From an uncultured Gemmatimonadales bacterium (lineage in GTDB: Bacteria > Gemmatimonadota > Gemmatimonadetes > Palauibacterales > Palauibacteraceae), in the NCBI GenBank assembly GCA_963807645.1, contig CAWECO010000002.1, forward strand, positions 347,726-411,725: DNA of 64,000 bases, written 5' to 3'. The number at the start of each line of letters is the position of its first letter. Positions within the stretch are counted from its first letter, which is position 1. The notes under the pieces are model-generated. The model was not told the origin of the DNA and did not search any database. It was given only the letters and a program-made list of their open reading frames with translations. The position numbers were made by a program, and so were the translations under genes. Shown here in pieces: positions 31,742-42,678 of the stretch.

Positions 31742-32833
31742 TCAGATGCCTACCAGTCGCATGATGTCGTTCGCAAACGCGAGTACCATCAGACCCATCA
31801 CCAGGATCATGCCGACCTGTGTCCATCGGAGCCGGTTCTCAGGGCTGACCGGCCGTCCGCCCCGCACGCCCTCTGCGAACAGAAACACGAGGTGGCCGCC
31901 GTCGAGCACGGGGATAGGGAGGAGATTCAGGACCGCAAGATTGACGCTGATGATGGCCATGAAGTTGAGGAACGCCGACAGGCCCTGCCGCGCGGCGGCC
32001 CCCGACAACTGACCGATCACGATCGGTCCGCCCAGCTCCTTCGCCGAGCCGCGGCCCGTGACCAGTTTCTTGAGGAACGTGAAGATCTCGAGGGTCCAGG
32101 CCCCCGTACGATGCCAACCGGCGGCCGCCGATTCGGCCAGCGTGAGGTCTCGGGCTCCGTCCGACCAGGCGACGATTCCCAGAAAGCCGAATTCCACGGA
32201 GTCGCGGGCGATCTCGCTGTAAACGACCCCCGTTCCCGTGGTCGCTTCGAGTTCGACCGAATCGTCATGCCGCTCGACGGTCACCGTAATCGGTGTCGCT
32301 GGCCGCATTCCCACGTACTGCTGCACTTCATCCCAACTCCGGATCCGGCGACCATCGAGTTCGCGGATCTCGTCACCCCGCTGGAATCCTGCGGCCTCCG
32401 CCGGACTGTCTTCCGTCACTTCACCGACGATCGGGTCGACCACTCCCTCGGACCGGGCAACGAAGGTGAACGCGACGAACGCGAAGATGAAGTTCATCGT
32501 GACGCCCGCGATGATCACGAGAAACCGGGCCCACAGAGGCTTCGCGTCGAAATCACGCGGAGACGGTTGCCGGGCGGGCTCCGTCTTACCCTCCAGCGGG
32601 GCGACCGCGTCCTCTCCGACCATCCCCTCCATCTTCACGTAGCCGCCCAGCGGAATCGCGGCGAGCACGTACTCCGTCTCGCCCCGGGTGAAACCGACGA
32701 TCTTCGGTCCGAAACCGATGGAGAAGCGGGACACCTCGATGTCCACGGCTTTGGCCGCCCAGAAATGGCCCAACTCGTGGACCAGGATCAGGACGCCCAA
32801 CACGACGATGGTCGACAGAATGGTAATCAGCAT
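31742..32833 (-). CDS. rseP: RIP metalloprotease RseP (site-2 protease, M50)
   Basis: ATG 32833 within ORF 31742..33187. HELGHF zinc motif, a PDZ-like middle region and C-terminal TMs. Confidence 0.85.
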   Translation of the reverse strand: MLITILSTIVVLGVLILVHELGHFWAAKAVDIEVSRFSIGFGPKIVGFTRGETEYVLAAIPLGGYVKMEGMVGEDAVAPLEGKTEPARQPSPRDFDAKPLWARFLVIIAGVTMNFIFAFVAFTFVARSEGVVDPIVGEVTEDSPAEAAGFQRGDEIRELDGRRIRSWDEVQQYVGMRPATPITVTVERHDDSVELEATTGTGVVYSEIARDSVEFGFLGIVAWSDGARDLTLAESAAAGWHRTGAWTLEIFTFLKKLVTGRGSAKELGGPIVIGQLSGAAARQGLSAFLNFMAIISVNLAVLNLLPIPVLDGGHLVFLFAEGVRGGRPVSPENRLRWTQVGMILVMGLMVLAFANDIMRLVGI

Positions 32834-32870
32834 TCGCTCAGGTCGTCCGTACGGGTAATGGAGTGCTCGT

Positions 32871-34049
32871 TCACGGAGTCTTTTCACCCCTCGTCGCCGG
32901 CTGTGTTCCGACGGTCTCGATGCAGCGTGACCTGACTTCCGCATCGACGCTGACCAGGTGCTCGAGGCTCTCAACCGGAGTCGCCGGCATCGAGGACAGC
33001 GCCTTCTCGACCAGCCGCGCGATCCCCGGGAAGTCCAGGCGGCCCTCGAGAAAGGCCTGCACGGCGACCTCGTTCGCCGCATTGTAGACGGCGGGCGCGG
33101 TGCCACCCGAGCGGCCGGCCGCGATACCGAGCTCGAACATCGGGAAGTCCTCTCGGCGCAGTCGCTCGAATTCCAGAGGGCTCGCACCGACGGGATCGAA
33201 GGAGCGGAATTCGTTCGACAGCCGCTCAGGGGCCGAAAGAGCGAAGAGGATCGGGACTTCCATCGTCGGATACCCCAGCTGAGACACCGTGGAGCCGTCC
33301 CGAAACTCCACCATGGAGTGCACGATCGAGGCGGGGTGCACGACGACGTCGATCTGGTCGTAGTCGAGCCCGAACAGCAGGTGGGCTTCGATTACTTCGA
33401 GCGCCTTGTTGGCGAGCGTCGCCGAGTCGACCGATATCTTGTGCCCCATGCTCCAGGTGGGGTGCGCCAGCGCATCTTGAGGGCGAATCGTCGCAAACCG
33501 GTCAGCGGGCCAGTCCCTGAACGGTCCGCCCGAAGCCGTGAGAATCACGCGGTTCACCTCGGCCGTGGGCCGGCTACCCAGGCACTGGAGAATGGCGCTG
33601 TGCTCGCTGTCCACCGGGAAGAGTTCGCCTCCCCCCACGGTCGCGGCCTCGAGCACCAGCTCACCCCCGACGACGAGAGACTCCTTGTTGGCCAGGGCCA
33701 GCCGCTTGCCCGCCTCCAGGGCGGCCAGTGTGGATTCGAGACCCGCAAATCCCACCAGCGCATTGACGACGATGGGAATGCTCGGATCGCCGGCCGCCAG
33801 CTTCACCTCATCTCTGCCGTAGCGCCACTCGCCGGCCCAGGGATCGGCGTCGAGCCGGTCCGCGCCATCGGCGAGTACCACGTAGTCCGGATTCCAGCGT
33901 GCCGCCAGCCGATTCAGGGCGTCCGCTCGCCGACCCGCAGTCAGCGCGGCAATCCGGAAGCGTTCGGCGTGCCGGGCAATGACGTTGAGGGTCGAACTGC
34001 CGATGCTGCCGGTTGCGCCGAGAACGACTACCCGCCGGGGGTCCGTCAC
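32871..34049 (-). CDS. dxr: 1-deoxy-D-xylulose-5-phosphate reductoisomerase
   Basis: GTG 34049 overlaps the cdsA stop (GTGA). NADPH motif VLGATGSIGSST; Dxr sequence throughout. Confidence 0.9.
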   Translation of the reverse strand: MTDPRRVVVLGATGSIGSSTLNVIARHAERFRIAALTAGRRADALNRLAARWNPDYVVLADGADRLDADPWAGEWRYGRDEVKLAAGDPSIPIVVNALVGFAGLESTLAALEAGKRLALANKESLVVGGELVLEAATVGGGELFPVDSEHSAILQCLGSRPTAEVNRVILTASGGPFRDWPADRFATIRPQDALAHPTWSMGHKISVDSATLANKALEVIEAHLLFGLDYDQIDVVVHPASIVHSMVEFRDGSTVSQLGYPTMEVPILFALSAPERLSNEFRSFDPVGASPLEFERLRREDFPMFELGIAAGRSGGTAPAVYNAANEVAVQAFLEGRLDFPGIARLVEKALSSMPATPVESLEHLVSVDAEVRSRCIETVGTQPATRGEKTP

Positions 34050-34876
34050 AGGAATGCCAGAAGAAAGACGCACGCCGCCGGTATGGACCACAGCAATGAG
34101 TCCATGCGGTCGAGGAGGCCTCCGTGCCCGGGCAGCAGCCCGGACGAGTCCTTGACCCCGCATTCGCGCTTCAGAGCGGATTCGGCCAGATCACCGATCG
34201 TCGCGACGATCGCGACGATCAGCCCGAGAGCCAGAAGGCCCGGGATGCCCAGGGAGTCGCCGAGCCGTGGAAGCACGACCATGCCATAGAAGAGAGCGCC
34301 GAGAGGGCCGGCGACCAGGGCCGAAATGGCTCCTTCTACAGTCTTGTTGGGACTGATGATCGGCGAGAGCTTGCGCTTCCCGAACGCCCTCCCACCAAAG
34401 TATGCCGCCGTGTCCGCGAGCCAGGTGAGCGCGACGGGGAGGAAGAAGAAGAGTGTGCCCTCGACGGCACTGTCCGTGAATCGCTCGCGCAGCAGCACAC
34501 CGAAACTGATCAGCCCCCCCACGTAAAGCGCAGCCGTGAGCGTCAGGGCCGCCGCCTGAAAGGGCCTGTCCGCCGGAGCTAACCGCAGCGTCGCGACTCC
34601 GGTCACGAATACGACGGCCGCGAGAGTGATACTCCAGGAATCCGCGGGTTCCAGGTAGAGGGCGGCCATGGGGTAGGACGCGGCCAGCAGCATTCCCGCC
34701 ACGTATACGAAGCGGTCGCCCCGGGCTTCCACCATTCGACCGATCTCCCACACGGCAACCGCCGCGAGTACCGCGAGGCCGGCCGCGAAGAAGGGGCCTC
34801 CCACGTAGGTGACGGCAACCGTCACGGGAATGCCGACTGCCGCCACCGTCAACCGCTGACCGAGATTAGACGCCAT
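34046..34876 (-). CDS. cdsA: phosphatidate cytidylyltransferase
   Basis: 276-aa polytopic membrane protein with the CdsA C-terminal signature (SALKRECGVKDSSGLLPGHGGLLDRMDS). Confidence 0.85.
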   Translation of the reverse strand: MASNLGQRLTVAAVGIPVTVAVTYVGGPFFAAGLAVLAAVAVWEIGRMVEARGDRFVYVAGMLLAASYPMAALYLEPADSWSITLAAVVFVTGVATLRLAPADRPFQAAALTLTAALYVGGLISFGVLLRERFTDSAVEGTLFFFLPVALTWLADTAAYFGGRAFGKRKLSPIISPNKTVEGAISALVAGPLGALFYGMVVLPRLGDSLGIPGLLALGLIVAIVATIGDLAESALKRECGVKDSSGLLPGHGGLLDRMDSLLWSIPAACVFLLAFL

Positions 34877-34882
34877 GTGCGC

Positions 34883-35642
34883 TCACCGTGTGACGCGGCC
34901 GAAGCGACGCTCGCGCCGCTGGTAGTCGAGCACCGCTTCATACAGGTCCTGCTCGCCGAAATCAGGCCACAGACGCTCTGTCACGTGAATCTCCGAATAC
35001 GCGATCTGCCAGAGCAGGAAATTGGAGACTCTCATCTCCCCGGACGTACGGATAAGCAGGTCCGGATCGGGCGATCCCATCGTGTACAACGCCGACGCGA
35101 AAGCTGCCTCATCGATGTCGTCCGGGTCCATGTCCCCGGCGACACATCGCCCTGCCAGGGATCGAGCCGCGGACAGGATCTCATCACGCGAGCCGTAGCT
35201 GATCGCGAGGTTCAAGACGAGAGTCTCTTCGTCCGCCGTCGCCCGCTCGATCGACTCGACCGCTTGCACGGCCGCCGGAGACAGGCGCGCTCTGTCCCCG
35301 ATCACGCGGACGCGAACGCCTCTCTCCGCGAGGCCTTTCTCTTCGCGTTCCACGTACTCCGACAACAGACGCATCAGAGCGGCGATCTCGTCCGGTGGGC
35401 GGGACCAGTTTTCCTTCGAGAACGCGTACAGGGTGACGTGCTGGACGTCCATCTCGAAGACAGCCCGTGACCGCCCTCCGAACCGCTTTCATACCTTCCC
35501 GATGCCCCATAAAGCGGGGTAGCCCCCGCTCCCGCGCCCACCGCCCGTTGCCGTCCATGATGATCGCGATGTGCCTCGGGACCTCCCCGCCGGCGACGAT
35601 CCTCTCGAGGAGCTGTTCGAGCTCCAGCGCTTCCTCAGTCAA
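34883..35642 (-). pseudogene. uppS: undecaprenyl-diphosphate synthase, single frameshift
   Basis: ORF 35184..35642 ([13 protein letters not shown]...[14 protein letters not shown]) and ORF 34883..35452 ([20 protein letters not shown]...) join after removing one G at 35464..35466. Confidence 0.9.
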
Positions 35643-37170
35643 CGTCGGTGCCGCTCCTGTTGGCAGGCGCCGCAGGCCCCGGGTCCCGGCTCCGCGCCAG
35701 GGCTCGCAGACCCTTTACCCCACCCAGAAAGCTGTAGGCCTCGTAGCCTGCCCGCTGCATCAGCTCGGCCACGCGGGCGCTCTTGAGTCCAAACTCGCAG
35801 TAGAGTACGTAGGTCGGTTCGCGGCTCAGTTCTCCGAAGTTCGTCAACAAGTCCAGGTACTCCCTGTGACCGGCGCCGCTCCAGTGCCACCTGTGGTAAG
35901 ACTCGAGGGCACGCGTGTCCAGAACCACGGCTCCATCGGGGATCGAGTCGACGAATACGCTTTCGCCCGCCACGCGCGCCATATCCATGGATCGAAGGTC
36001 GAACAGCTTCGCGGACGCCAGACTGTGCTCGAGAATCGAACGGTCGAGTTCCCGTTCTTCGTGCAGTACAGCGCCCGGGGAAGCGGCCGTTGCCGGTCTC
36101 CCGGTGCTAATCGAACAATACTCACGGACCTTGGCCGAGATCTCGTAGGTTCCGATCTGCCGGGAGCGAGAGATGATCTCCTCCTTGTCCATTCCCACGA
36201 GGGGCCTGAGTACCGGCAGAGAACTCGCATCATCGATCGCCCGCAGGTTGGCCAGGGTCTGGGATGATACCTGACCCACCGCCTCGCCGGTCACGATCGC
36301 ATCCGCCCCGAGCCGAGACGCTACGCGCTCTGCCGCCCGGTACATCTCCCGCTTCAAGGCAATCTGCTGAAAAGACGGTCGGAACGTCCTGTGAATCTCG
36401 GTCACCACCGGCTCGAAGTCGAGGGAAAGAAGCGTAGGTCGCGTACCGTAGCTCCAGCGATCGGCGAGGATCCGGGCCACCTCGAGCACCATCCGCTGAT
36501 AGGCATCGCCCCCGAGGTTGCCGAAGACGTAGTCGAGTGCCACGCCCCGACGAAGCATCATCCAGGCGGCGACCGCGGAGTCGAAGCCACCCGAAAGAAG
36601 GCAGACGGCCCTGCCCTCCACTCCCAGGGGAAGCCCTCCAGCTCCCGGCTCCTTCGTCGCATAGAACATCGCGCGCTCGTCCCGGACCTCTACGAATACC
36701 TCGACATCCGGGTGGCTCAGATCCACGCGCGCCGCCTCACCCAGCGCGGCGCCGAGCTGGTTCATCACGTCCTGCGAACTGAACGGGTGGGTGCCAGCCC
36801 GGCGGGCCCGAACGGCAAATGACCTTCCCCGAACTCGCTCCCCGAACGTGCCCAACCCCACTTCCACGATCTGGGCCAGATCAGCCGCGCACTCGGCCTC
36901 CAGCGTCGAGAACGTGCTGATTCCAAACACGCGCGAGACAGGCTCAGCCGCCGGCGAATCCGAGCGAACGTACAGGCGACTCCAATCGGGTCGTATTCGG
37001 CACGACGCCCCCGAGCTTTCCAGGGAATCCCTGATGTTCTCGGCCAGCGTCTTTTGAAAGCGCGACCGAGTGCGCCTTCCCTTGGTGGTAATCTCACCCG
37101 TCAGGCGCAGCATATGATCACCGGCCGCCGGAAGACGGCCGGGCGCGAGCGATCCGGGACCCGAGTCCAT
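35635..37170 (-). CDS. thiI: tRNA 4-thiouridine synthase ThiI with C-terminal rhodanese domain
   Basis: Within ORF 35635..37272; start is ATG 37170 or 37113. THUMP region, PP-loop SGGFDS, and rhodanese Cys in [10 protein letters not shown]. Confidence 0.85.
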   Translation of the reverse strand: MDSGPGSLAPGRLPAAGDHMLRLTGEITTKGRRTRSRFQKTLAENIRDSLESSGASCRIRPDWSRLYVRSDSPAAEPVSRVFGISTFSTLEAECAADLAQIVEVGLGTFGERVRGRSFAVRARRAGTHPFSSQDVMNQLGAALGEAARVDLSHPDVEVFVEVRDERAMFYATKEPGAGGLPLGVEGRAVCLLSGGFDSAVAAWMMLRRGVALDYVFGNLGGDAYQRMVLEVARILADRWSYGTRPTLLSLDFEPVVTEIHRTFRPSFQQIALKREMYRAAERVASRLGADAIVTGEAVGQVSSQTLANLRAIDDASSLPVLRPLVGMDKEEIISRSRQIGTYEISAKVREYCSISTGRPATAASPGAVLHEERELDRSILEHSLASAKLFDLRSMDMARVAGESVFVDSIPDGAVVLDTRALESYHRWHWSGAGHREYLDLLTNFGELSREPTYVLYCEFGLKSARVAELMQRAGYEAYSFLGGVKGLRALARSRDPGPAAPANRSGTDVD

Positions 37171-37213
37171 CAAAGCCTCGGCCTTCGGCGATGCCAGCCG
37201 CGCGGCGACCCGG

Positions 37214-37324
37214 TCAGGAGTCAGAGCGACGACTTGGGATCCGCGACGCCACGAGGGCTGCGACGAGCCCAACCACGGGAATGGCGAGCACGATCAAAAT
37301 CAGAATGAAACTGTCCGGTATCAC
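37214..37324 (-). CDS. possible 36-aa single-TM small protein
   Basis: GTG 37324 is preceded by GGAG 6 nt upstream. Sequence VIPDSFILILIVLAIPVVGLVAALVASRIPSRRSDS. No family recognised. Confidence 0.3.
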   Translation of the reverse strand: MIPDSFILILIVLAIPVVGLVAALVASRIPSRRSDS

Positions 37325-37480
37325 TTCACGCTCCGGCGGTCGAATGGAGGACGGACCCGGCGTCCGAACGCCAGGCGCACGAACATCGGGTGCGACGCGG
37401 CATTCTACCCGGGATCCGATGATCGGGGCAAGATCGCACCCCACGGGATCCGACTGTCCGGTTTCGACACACCTTCTTCC

Positions 37481-37550
37481 ATAAACGAACGCCTTTAAGT
37501 TAGTAATTTACTTCAAGTAATGACTGTTATTTGCTATTATATAGTATTTT
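37481..37550. promoter_or_regulatory. AT-rich intergenic island with overlapping palindromes and -10-like boxes
   Basis: About 70 bp of very low GC in a high-GC context. Contains AGTAATTTACT (37502..37512), TTACTTCAAGTAA (37508..37520), TGcTATTAT on plus (37532..37540) and TATAAT on minus (37541..37536). Confidence 0.35.
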
Positions 37551-37664
37551 GCGAGTTCCGACACTGGTGGCATGGGCGTTGCCCCTTACCGGGCTGTAGG
37601 AGAAGGCAGCGCCGACACGGGCGCGACGAACTGACGGGGGTCAGGGGAGACGGTGAGGAGAGCC

Positions 37665-38132
37665 ATGGTCTACGGTGCGGAGAGAAGACACGAGGGGCTG
37701 CGAGTACTGCTGTCCGTGGCGGTGATCGCCGGTGGACTGATGCTCTCCGACATGGCGGCCTCCCCCACCCTGTATCCGGATCCGGGTCCTGGAGACGTCG
37801 TGGGAGTCTGGCAATGGGTCGAGCCGGCCAGCGACGGTGCCCGCACGGGCACTCCTCTCTTCGAAATCCGGCGCGCGGCGGACGGAGAGCTCGAGGCTAC
37901 GGTGCTGGTGCGATCGGGCGACCGAATGGGCGAGGCAGACGTATCGTATGACCGGGGTCGACTGTGCGTGGTCACCGAGCACGGGGCATCCTTCAAGGGA
38001 GAACTGAGCGACGACGGACGGGAGATCGAGGGGGTGATCCAGTACGAAGGCGCCCGCTCGACCGCCCTCCTGCAGCGAGTCGAGCACCGAAAAATGCGAA
38101 GGGCGGCGGGGCGTAAGGCCTACGCGACCTGA
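37665..38132 (+). CDS. hypothetical exported protein
   Basis: ATG 37665 is preceded by GGTGAGGAG. Has an N-terminal hydrophobic segment (LRVLLSVAVIAGGLML). No family recognised. Confidence 0.5.
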   Translation: MVYGAERRHEGLRVLLSVAVIAGGLMLSDMAASPTLYPDPGPGDVVGVWQWVEPASDGARTGTPLFEIRRAADGELEATVLVRSGDRMGEADVSYDRGRLCVVTEHGASFKGELSDDGREIEGVIQYEGARSTALLQRVEHRKMRRAAGRKAYAT

Positions 38133-38148
38133 CCCGCCGCCCACGGAA

Positions 38149-38185
38149 CTCGGCTTCGGGGAGGCGTTCTTCTGCGGGACGCCTC
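38149..38185 (+). terminator. candidate intrinsic terminator
   Basis: Stem GGAGGCGT (38149..38156) / ACGCCTCC (38168..38175) followed by TTCTTCATCC. Lies between convergent genes. Confidence 0.4.
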
Positions 38186-38205
38186 CTTCTTCATCCGACA
38201 CCGGC

Positions 38206-38835
38206 TCACCGCGGACGCGGCGCCGTGCGCTTCCAGGGCGCCCAGACACGCAGGATGAGCAGTACGACGATCGCCGCCAGAAACACCAGCGGTTCGCGCG
38301 TGTCCGCCTTCACCTTCCATAGGAAGTGCACCCCACCGGCAAGCGCCGCGACGTAGACCAGGCGATGCAATCGCTGCCACTGTTTCCGGAGCCGCCGTAT
38401 CCAGCCCGTTGTGGACGTCACCGCCAGGGCAAGCAGCATCACCCACGCCGCAAAGCCGACGGTAATGAAGGGCCTCTCGGCGATGTCTTCGAGGATGTAG
38501 GACCAGCCGAAGAACTGGTCCAGCACCAGATACGTGAGGAAGTGCATCGTCGCATAGAAGAACGCGAACAGGCCGATCAGACGTCGATAGCGGACCCAGC
38601 CTGGCTTGCCCGCCAGCCGGCGCACCGGCGTGATCGCAAGCGTGGCGGTCAGGAGGAAGAGAGCCCACCAGCCCGTGCGGTGCGTGATTTCCTCGATCGG
38701 GTTCGCCCCAAGGCCGTCGGTCGCCGCGCCGAAGCCCAACCACAGGGCCGGGCTGAGGCAGAGGACCCACAGAACCACCTTGATCGCAATCCGACGTCGC
38801 CGGGCCGGATTCGCTTGCACCCTCATAGTTACCAC
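38206..38835 (-). CDS. msrQ: protein-methionine-sulfoxide reductase heme-binding subunit MsrQ
   Basis: 209-aa multi-TM ferric-reductase-like protein (GANPIEEITHRTGWWALFLL, ATMHFLTY), directly downstream of msrP. Confidence 0.85.
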   Translation of the reverse strand: MVTMRVQANPARRRRIAIKVVLWVLCLSPALWLGFGAATDGLGANPIEEITHRTGWWALFLLTATLAITPVRRLAGKPGWVRYRRLIGLFAFFYATMHFLTYLVLDQFFGWSYILEDIAERPFITVGFAAWVMLLALAVTSTTGWIRRLRKQWQRLHRLVYVAALAGGVHFLWKVKADTREPLVFLAAIVVLLILRVWAPWKRTAPRPR

Positions 38836-38848
38836 TCGAAACGCTCGC

Positions 38849-39859
38849 TCAGTACCACCGCCTCAGGTCCATGCCCGCGTAAAGATCGGCGACCTGCTCC
38901 GCATAGCCGTTGAACGCCAGCGTCGGGCGGCGCCGGAATTCGCCCAATCGGCGCTCCCGCGCCTGGCTCCACCGGGGATGATCGACTTCCGGGTTCACGT
39001 TGGCGTAGAACCCGTACTCGCTCGGAGCCGATACTGCCCAGCTCGTCCCAGGCATCTCCTCGACGAAACGGATCTTGACGATCGACTTGATGCTCTTGAA
39101 TCCGTACTTCCACGGCACGACCAGGCGCAGGGGAGCGCCGTTCTGGTTCGGAAGGTCCCTTCCGTAGACCCCGGTCGCCAACAGCGCGAGGGGGTTCATG
39201 GCCTCATCGAGCCGCAGCCCTTCGACGTACGGCCAGTCGAGCACACGCCGGCGCTGACCGGGCATCTGCTCCGGGTCCAACAGAGTCGTGAACTCCACGA
39301 AACGGGCCTTGCTCGTCGGCTCCAATCGCCTGATCACGTCGGCGAGCGGAATCCCTGTCCACGGGATGACCATCGACCAGGCCTCCACGCACCGCAGCCG
39401 ATAGATCCTGTCTTCCGCCGTATGCGGGGCCAGGAAGTCGTCGAGGTCGTAGGTGGCCGGCCGGGCCACCTCGCCCGTCACTTCGACGGTCCACGGTCGA
39501 GTCACCAGCGTGTGGGCGTTTCGGGCGGGATCTTCCTTGCCAGTGCCAAACTCGTAGAAGTTGTTGTAGCCGGTGACATCGGCATACGGAGTCAGTGACT
39601 CATCGAGTTCCGACCGCACGTCTTCCCAGTTCATTTCCTGGAAACTCGGGCGGACTCCCGTTGCGTCATCGGGGGCGGCCGACGGCGCCGGTCGAGCCTC
39701 CATTCGCTCCGGCTCGTCGCAGGCGCTCAGCAGTCCGGGCACGAGGGCGGCAGCGGCAGCCGCCTTCGCGGAGCGGCCAATGAAGTGCCGGCGGTTCATG
39801 TAGACCCGGTAGGGCGTGATCTCCGAAGGACGAATGTCGTCGGGCCTGCGAATGAGCAT
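38849..39859 (-). CDS. msrP: protein-methionine-sulfoxide reductase catalytic subunit MsrP (molybdopterin)
   Basis: ATG 39859 within ORF 38849..40030. Twin-arginine signal [18 protein letters not shown]; YedY-like oxidoreductase sequence. Confidence 0.85.
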   Translation of the reverse strand: MLIRRPDDIRPSEITPYRVYMNRRHFIGRSAKAAAAAALVPGLLSACDEPERMEARPAPSAAPDDATGVRPSFQEMNWEDVRSELDESLTPYADVTGYNNFYEFGTGKEDPARNAHTLVTRPWTVEVTGEVARPATYDLDDFLAPHTAEDRIYRLRCVEAWSMVIPWTGIPLADVIRRLEPTSKARFVEFTTLLDPEQMPGQRRRVLDWPYVEGLRLDEAMNPLALLATGVYGRDLPNQNGAPLRLVVPWKYGFKSIKSIVKIRFVEEMPGTSWAVSAPSEYGFYANVNPEVDHPRWSQARERRLGEFRRRPTLAFNGYAEQVADLYAGMDLRRWY

Positions 39860-40013
39860 TTCTTCTCCGAATTGAGCCGTCTGGTTCAAGGTCCGATACG
39901 TGTAACAAAGATCAGCCCCGAACGTTCCCGAGGTGGCCTGACGGCCGCGGCTGTCCCGCGTCGCTGGCCCGCGGTATCTTCGCCCGACCGCGAAACACAC
40001 AGGGAGGTCGAGC

Positions 40014-40364
40014 ATGGATGCCCACTTCAAGATCGAGCGTTACGCCGTGTACGTGCGATCGCCGTCTCTAGGCACGGGCGGCAACGCCGTGCCCCATATC
40101 ATCCTGCTGCTGGGACCCGAGCAAGGTCAGCGGGCGTACCTGTACTTCCTGAACAACATGCAGCAGAAGCCGGCCAACCGTCACACGGGCGCTTATTGGG
40201 TCGGGTACTTCAATCGCAGCCAGTACAGTGACATCCTGGATCTGCTGCGAAACGAAATGCCCGTCTACTTCCATTACAACGACGCGATCGGCCACGCTCA
40301 GCTTCAGACGGCCCTCGAGACGGCGGGCGTGGGTGACGAGGACTACGCCTCGCCGCACGAGTGA
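40014..40364 (+). CDS. hypothetical protein (116 aa)
   Basis: ATG preceded by GGGAGG. Codon usage looks coding. No motif or family recognised. Confidence 0.5.
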   Translation: MDAHFKIERYAVYVRSPSLGTGGNAVPHIILLLGPEQGQRAYLYFLNNMQQKPANRHTGAYWVGYFNRSQYSDILDLLRNEMPVYFHYNDAIGHAQLQTALETAGVGDEDYASPHE

Positions 40365-40618
40365 CGGTCACGGCCGCCTGGAGACCGGCCGGCGTGCAGG
40401 GATGGTTGACGAACATCGCGTCTGATTCGGAGACCGAGGTCACGGTGTGGTAGGGACGGATCAGCGTAGCGAGACCGTCAGCAGCGAAGCGCCCGGTAGC
40501 GACTGTCCTGAAGGCCGCGAATGCCAATGCAGGGCGGCACGCCGGGCGCTTCGCTTTGGTGGGACGACCTACACGCCGTTTGGTTACCGCTAACGTTACC
40601 GGGAAACTGTACGCACAG

Positions 40619-40656
40619 AAAAAGCCCCACCGTAAGTCTCGGTGGGGTTTTCGTTT
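40619..40656. terminator. bidirectional intrinsic terminator
   Basis: Stem CCCCACCG (40625..40632) / CGGTGGGG (40640..40647) with a 7-nt loop. Flanked by AAAAA on the left and TTTTCGTTT on the right. Confidence 0.6.
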
Positions 40657-40665
40657 ATCCATAGA

Positions 40666-40740
40666 TGGCAGGGGCGGGATTTGAACCCGCGACCTAGGGC
40701 TTATGAGTCCCCCGCTCTGACCAAACTGAGCTACCCTGCC
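40666..40740 (-). tRNA. tRNA with CAT anticodon (elongator Met or lysidine-modified Ile2)
   Basis: 75-nt cloverleaf folded by hand: acceptor GGCAGGG/CCCTGCC, D stem GCTC/GAGC, loop CTCATAA, T arm GCGGG-TTCAAAT-CCCGC, discriminator A. No encoded CCA. The A31/G39 pair is mismatched. Confidence 0.85.
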
Positions 40741-40741
40741 C

Positions 40742-40773
40742 AAAAAAGCTGCGGCCGGAGAGACTCTCCGGCC
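40742..40773 (-). terminator. candidate intrinsic terminator between the two tRNAs
   Basis: Perfect 10-bp stem GGCCGGAGAG/CTCTCCGGCC (40753..40773) with a 1-nt loop. On the minus strand it is followed, after 5 nt, by TTTTTT. Confidence 0.5.
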
Positions 40774-40793
40774 ATTCAGAACACCTACTGCAG

Positions 40794-40867
<74 letters not shown>

Positions 40868-40877
40868 ACGAGCCGCC

Positions 40878-40906
40878 AAGGTAGAATTACACGTCGGGGT
40901 CGTCAA
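40878..40906 (-). promoter_or_regulatory. candidate promoter of the tRNA genes
   Basis: Minus strand: TTGACG (40906..40901), a 17-nt spacer, then TACCTT (40883..40878), ending 10 nt before the tRNA-fMet 5' end. Confidence 0.4.
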
Positions 40907-40954
40907 GGTTCTGCGGCCCGCATTCGCGCCTTCTCGAGGTCGCCGACCGGGGCG

Positions 40955-42623
<1,669 letters not shown>

Positions 42624-42678
42624 CTACGCGCAATTACAGACAATACCGTCGTCCCATACATCCCATTGGAAGGTGATC

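Noticed and set aside
37520-37951. A 143-aa ORF starting inside the AT-rich island
   Set aside because: After the first few codons it is Arg/Gly-rich and out of frame with the better-supported gene at 37665..38132, which has a Shine-Dalgarno and a signal-like N-terminus.
40483-40555. The long hairpin as signal recognition particle (4.5S) RNA
   Set aside because: A CC-TGAA-GG tetraloop-like element is present, but the conserved domain IV sequence (…GGAAGCAGCC…-type 3' strand) is absent. I also found no 6S, RNase P (GAGGAAAGUCC) or tmRNA signatures.
40210-40743. A 177-aa minus-strand ORF covering the non-coding stretch and the tRNA
   Set aside because: It begins inside the tRNA gene, runs through the terminator hairpin, and has no coding-like composition.
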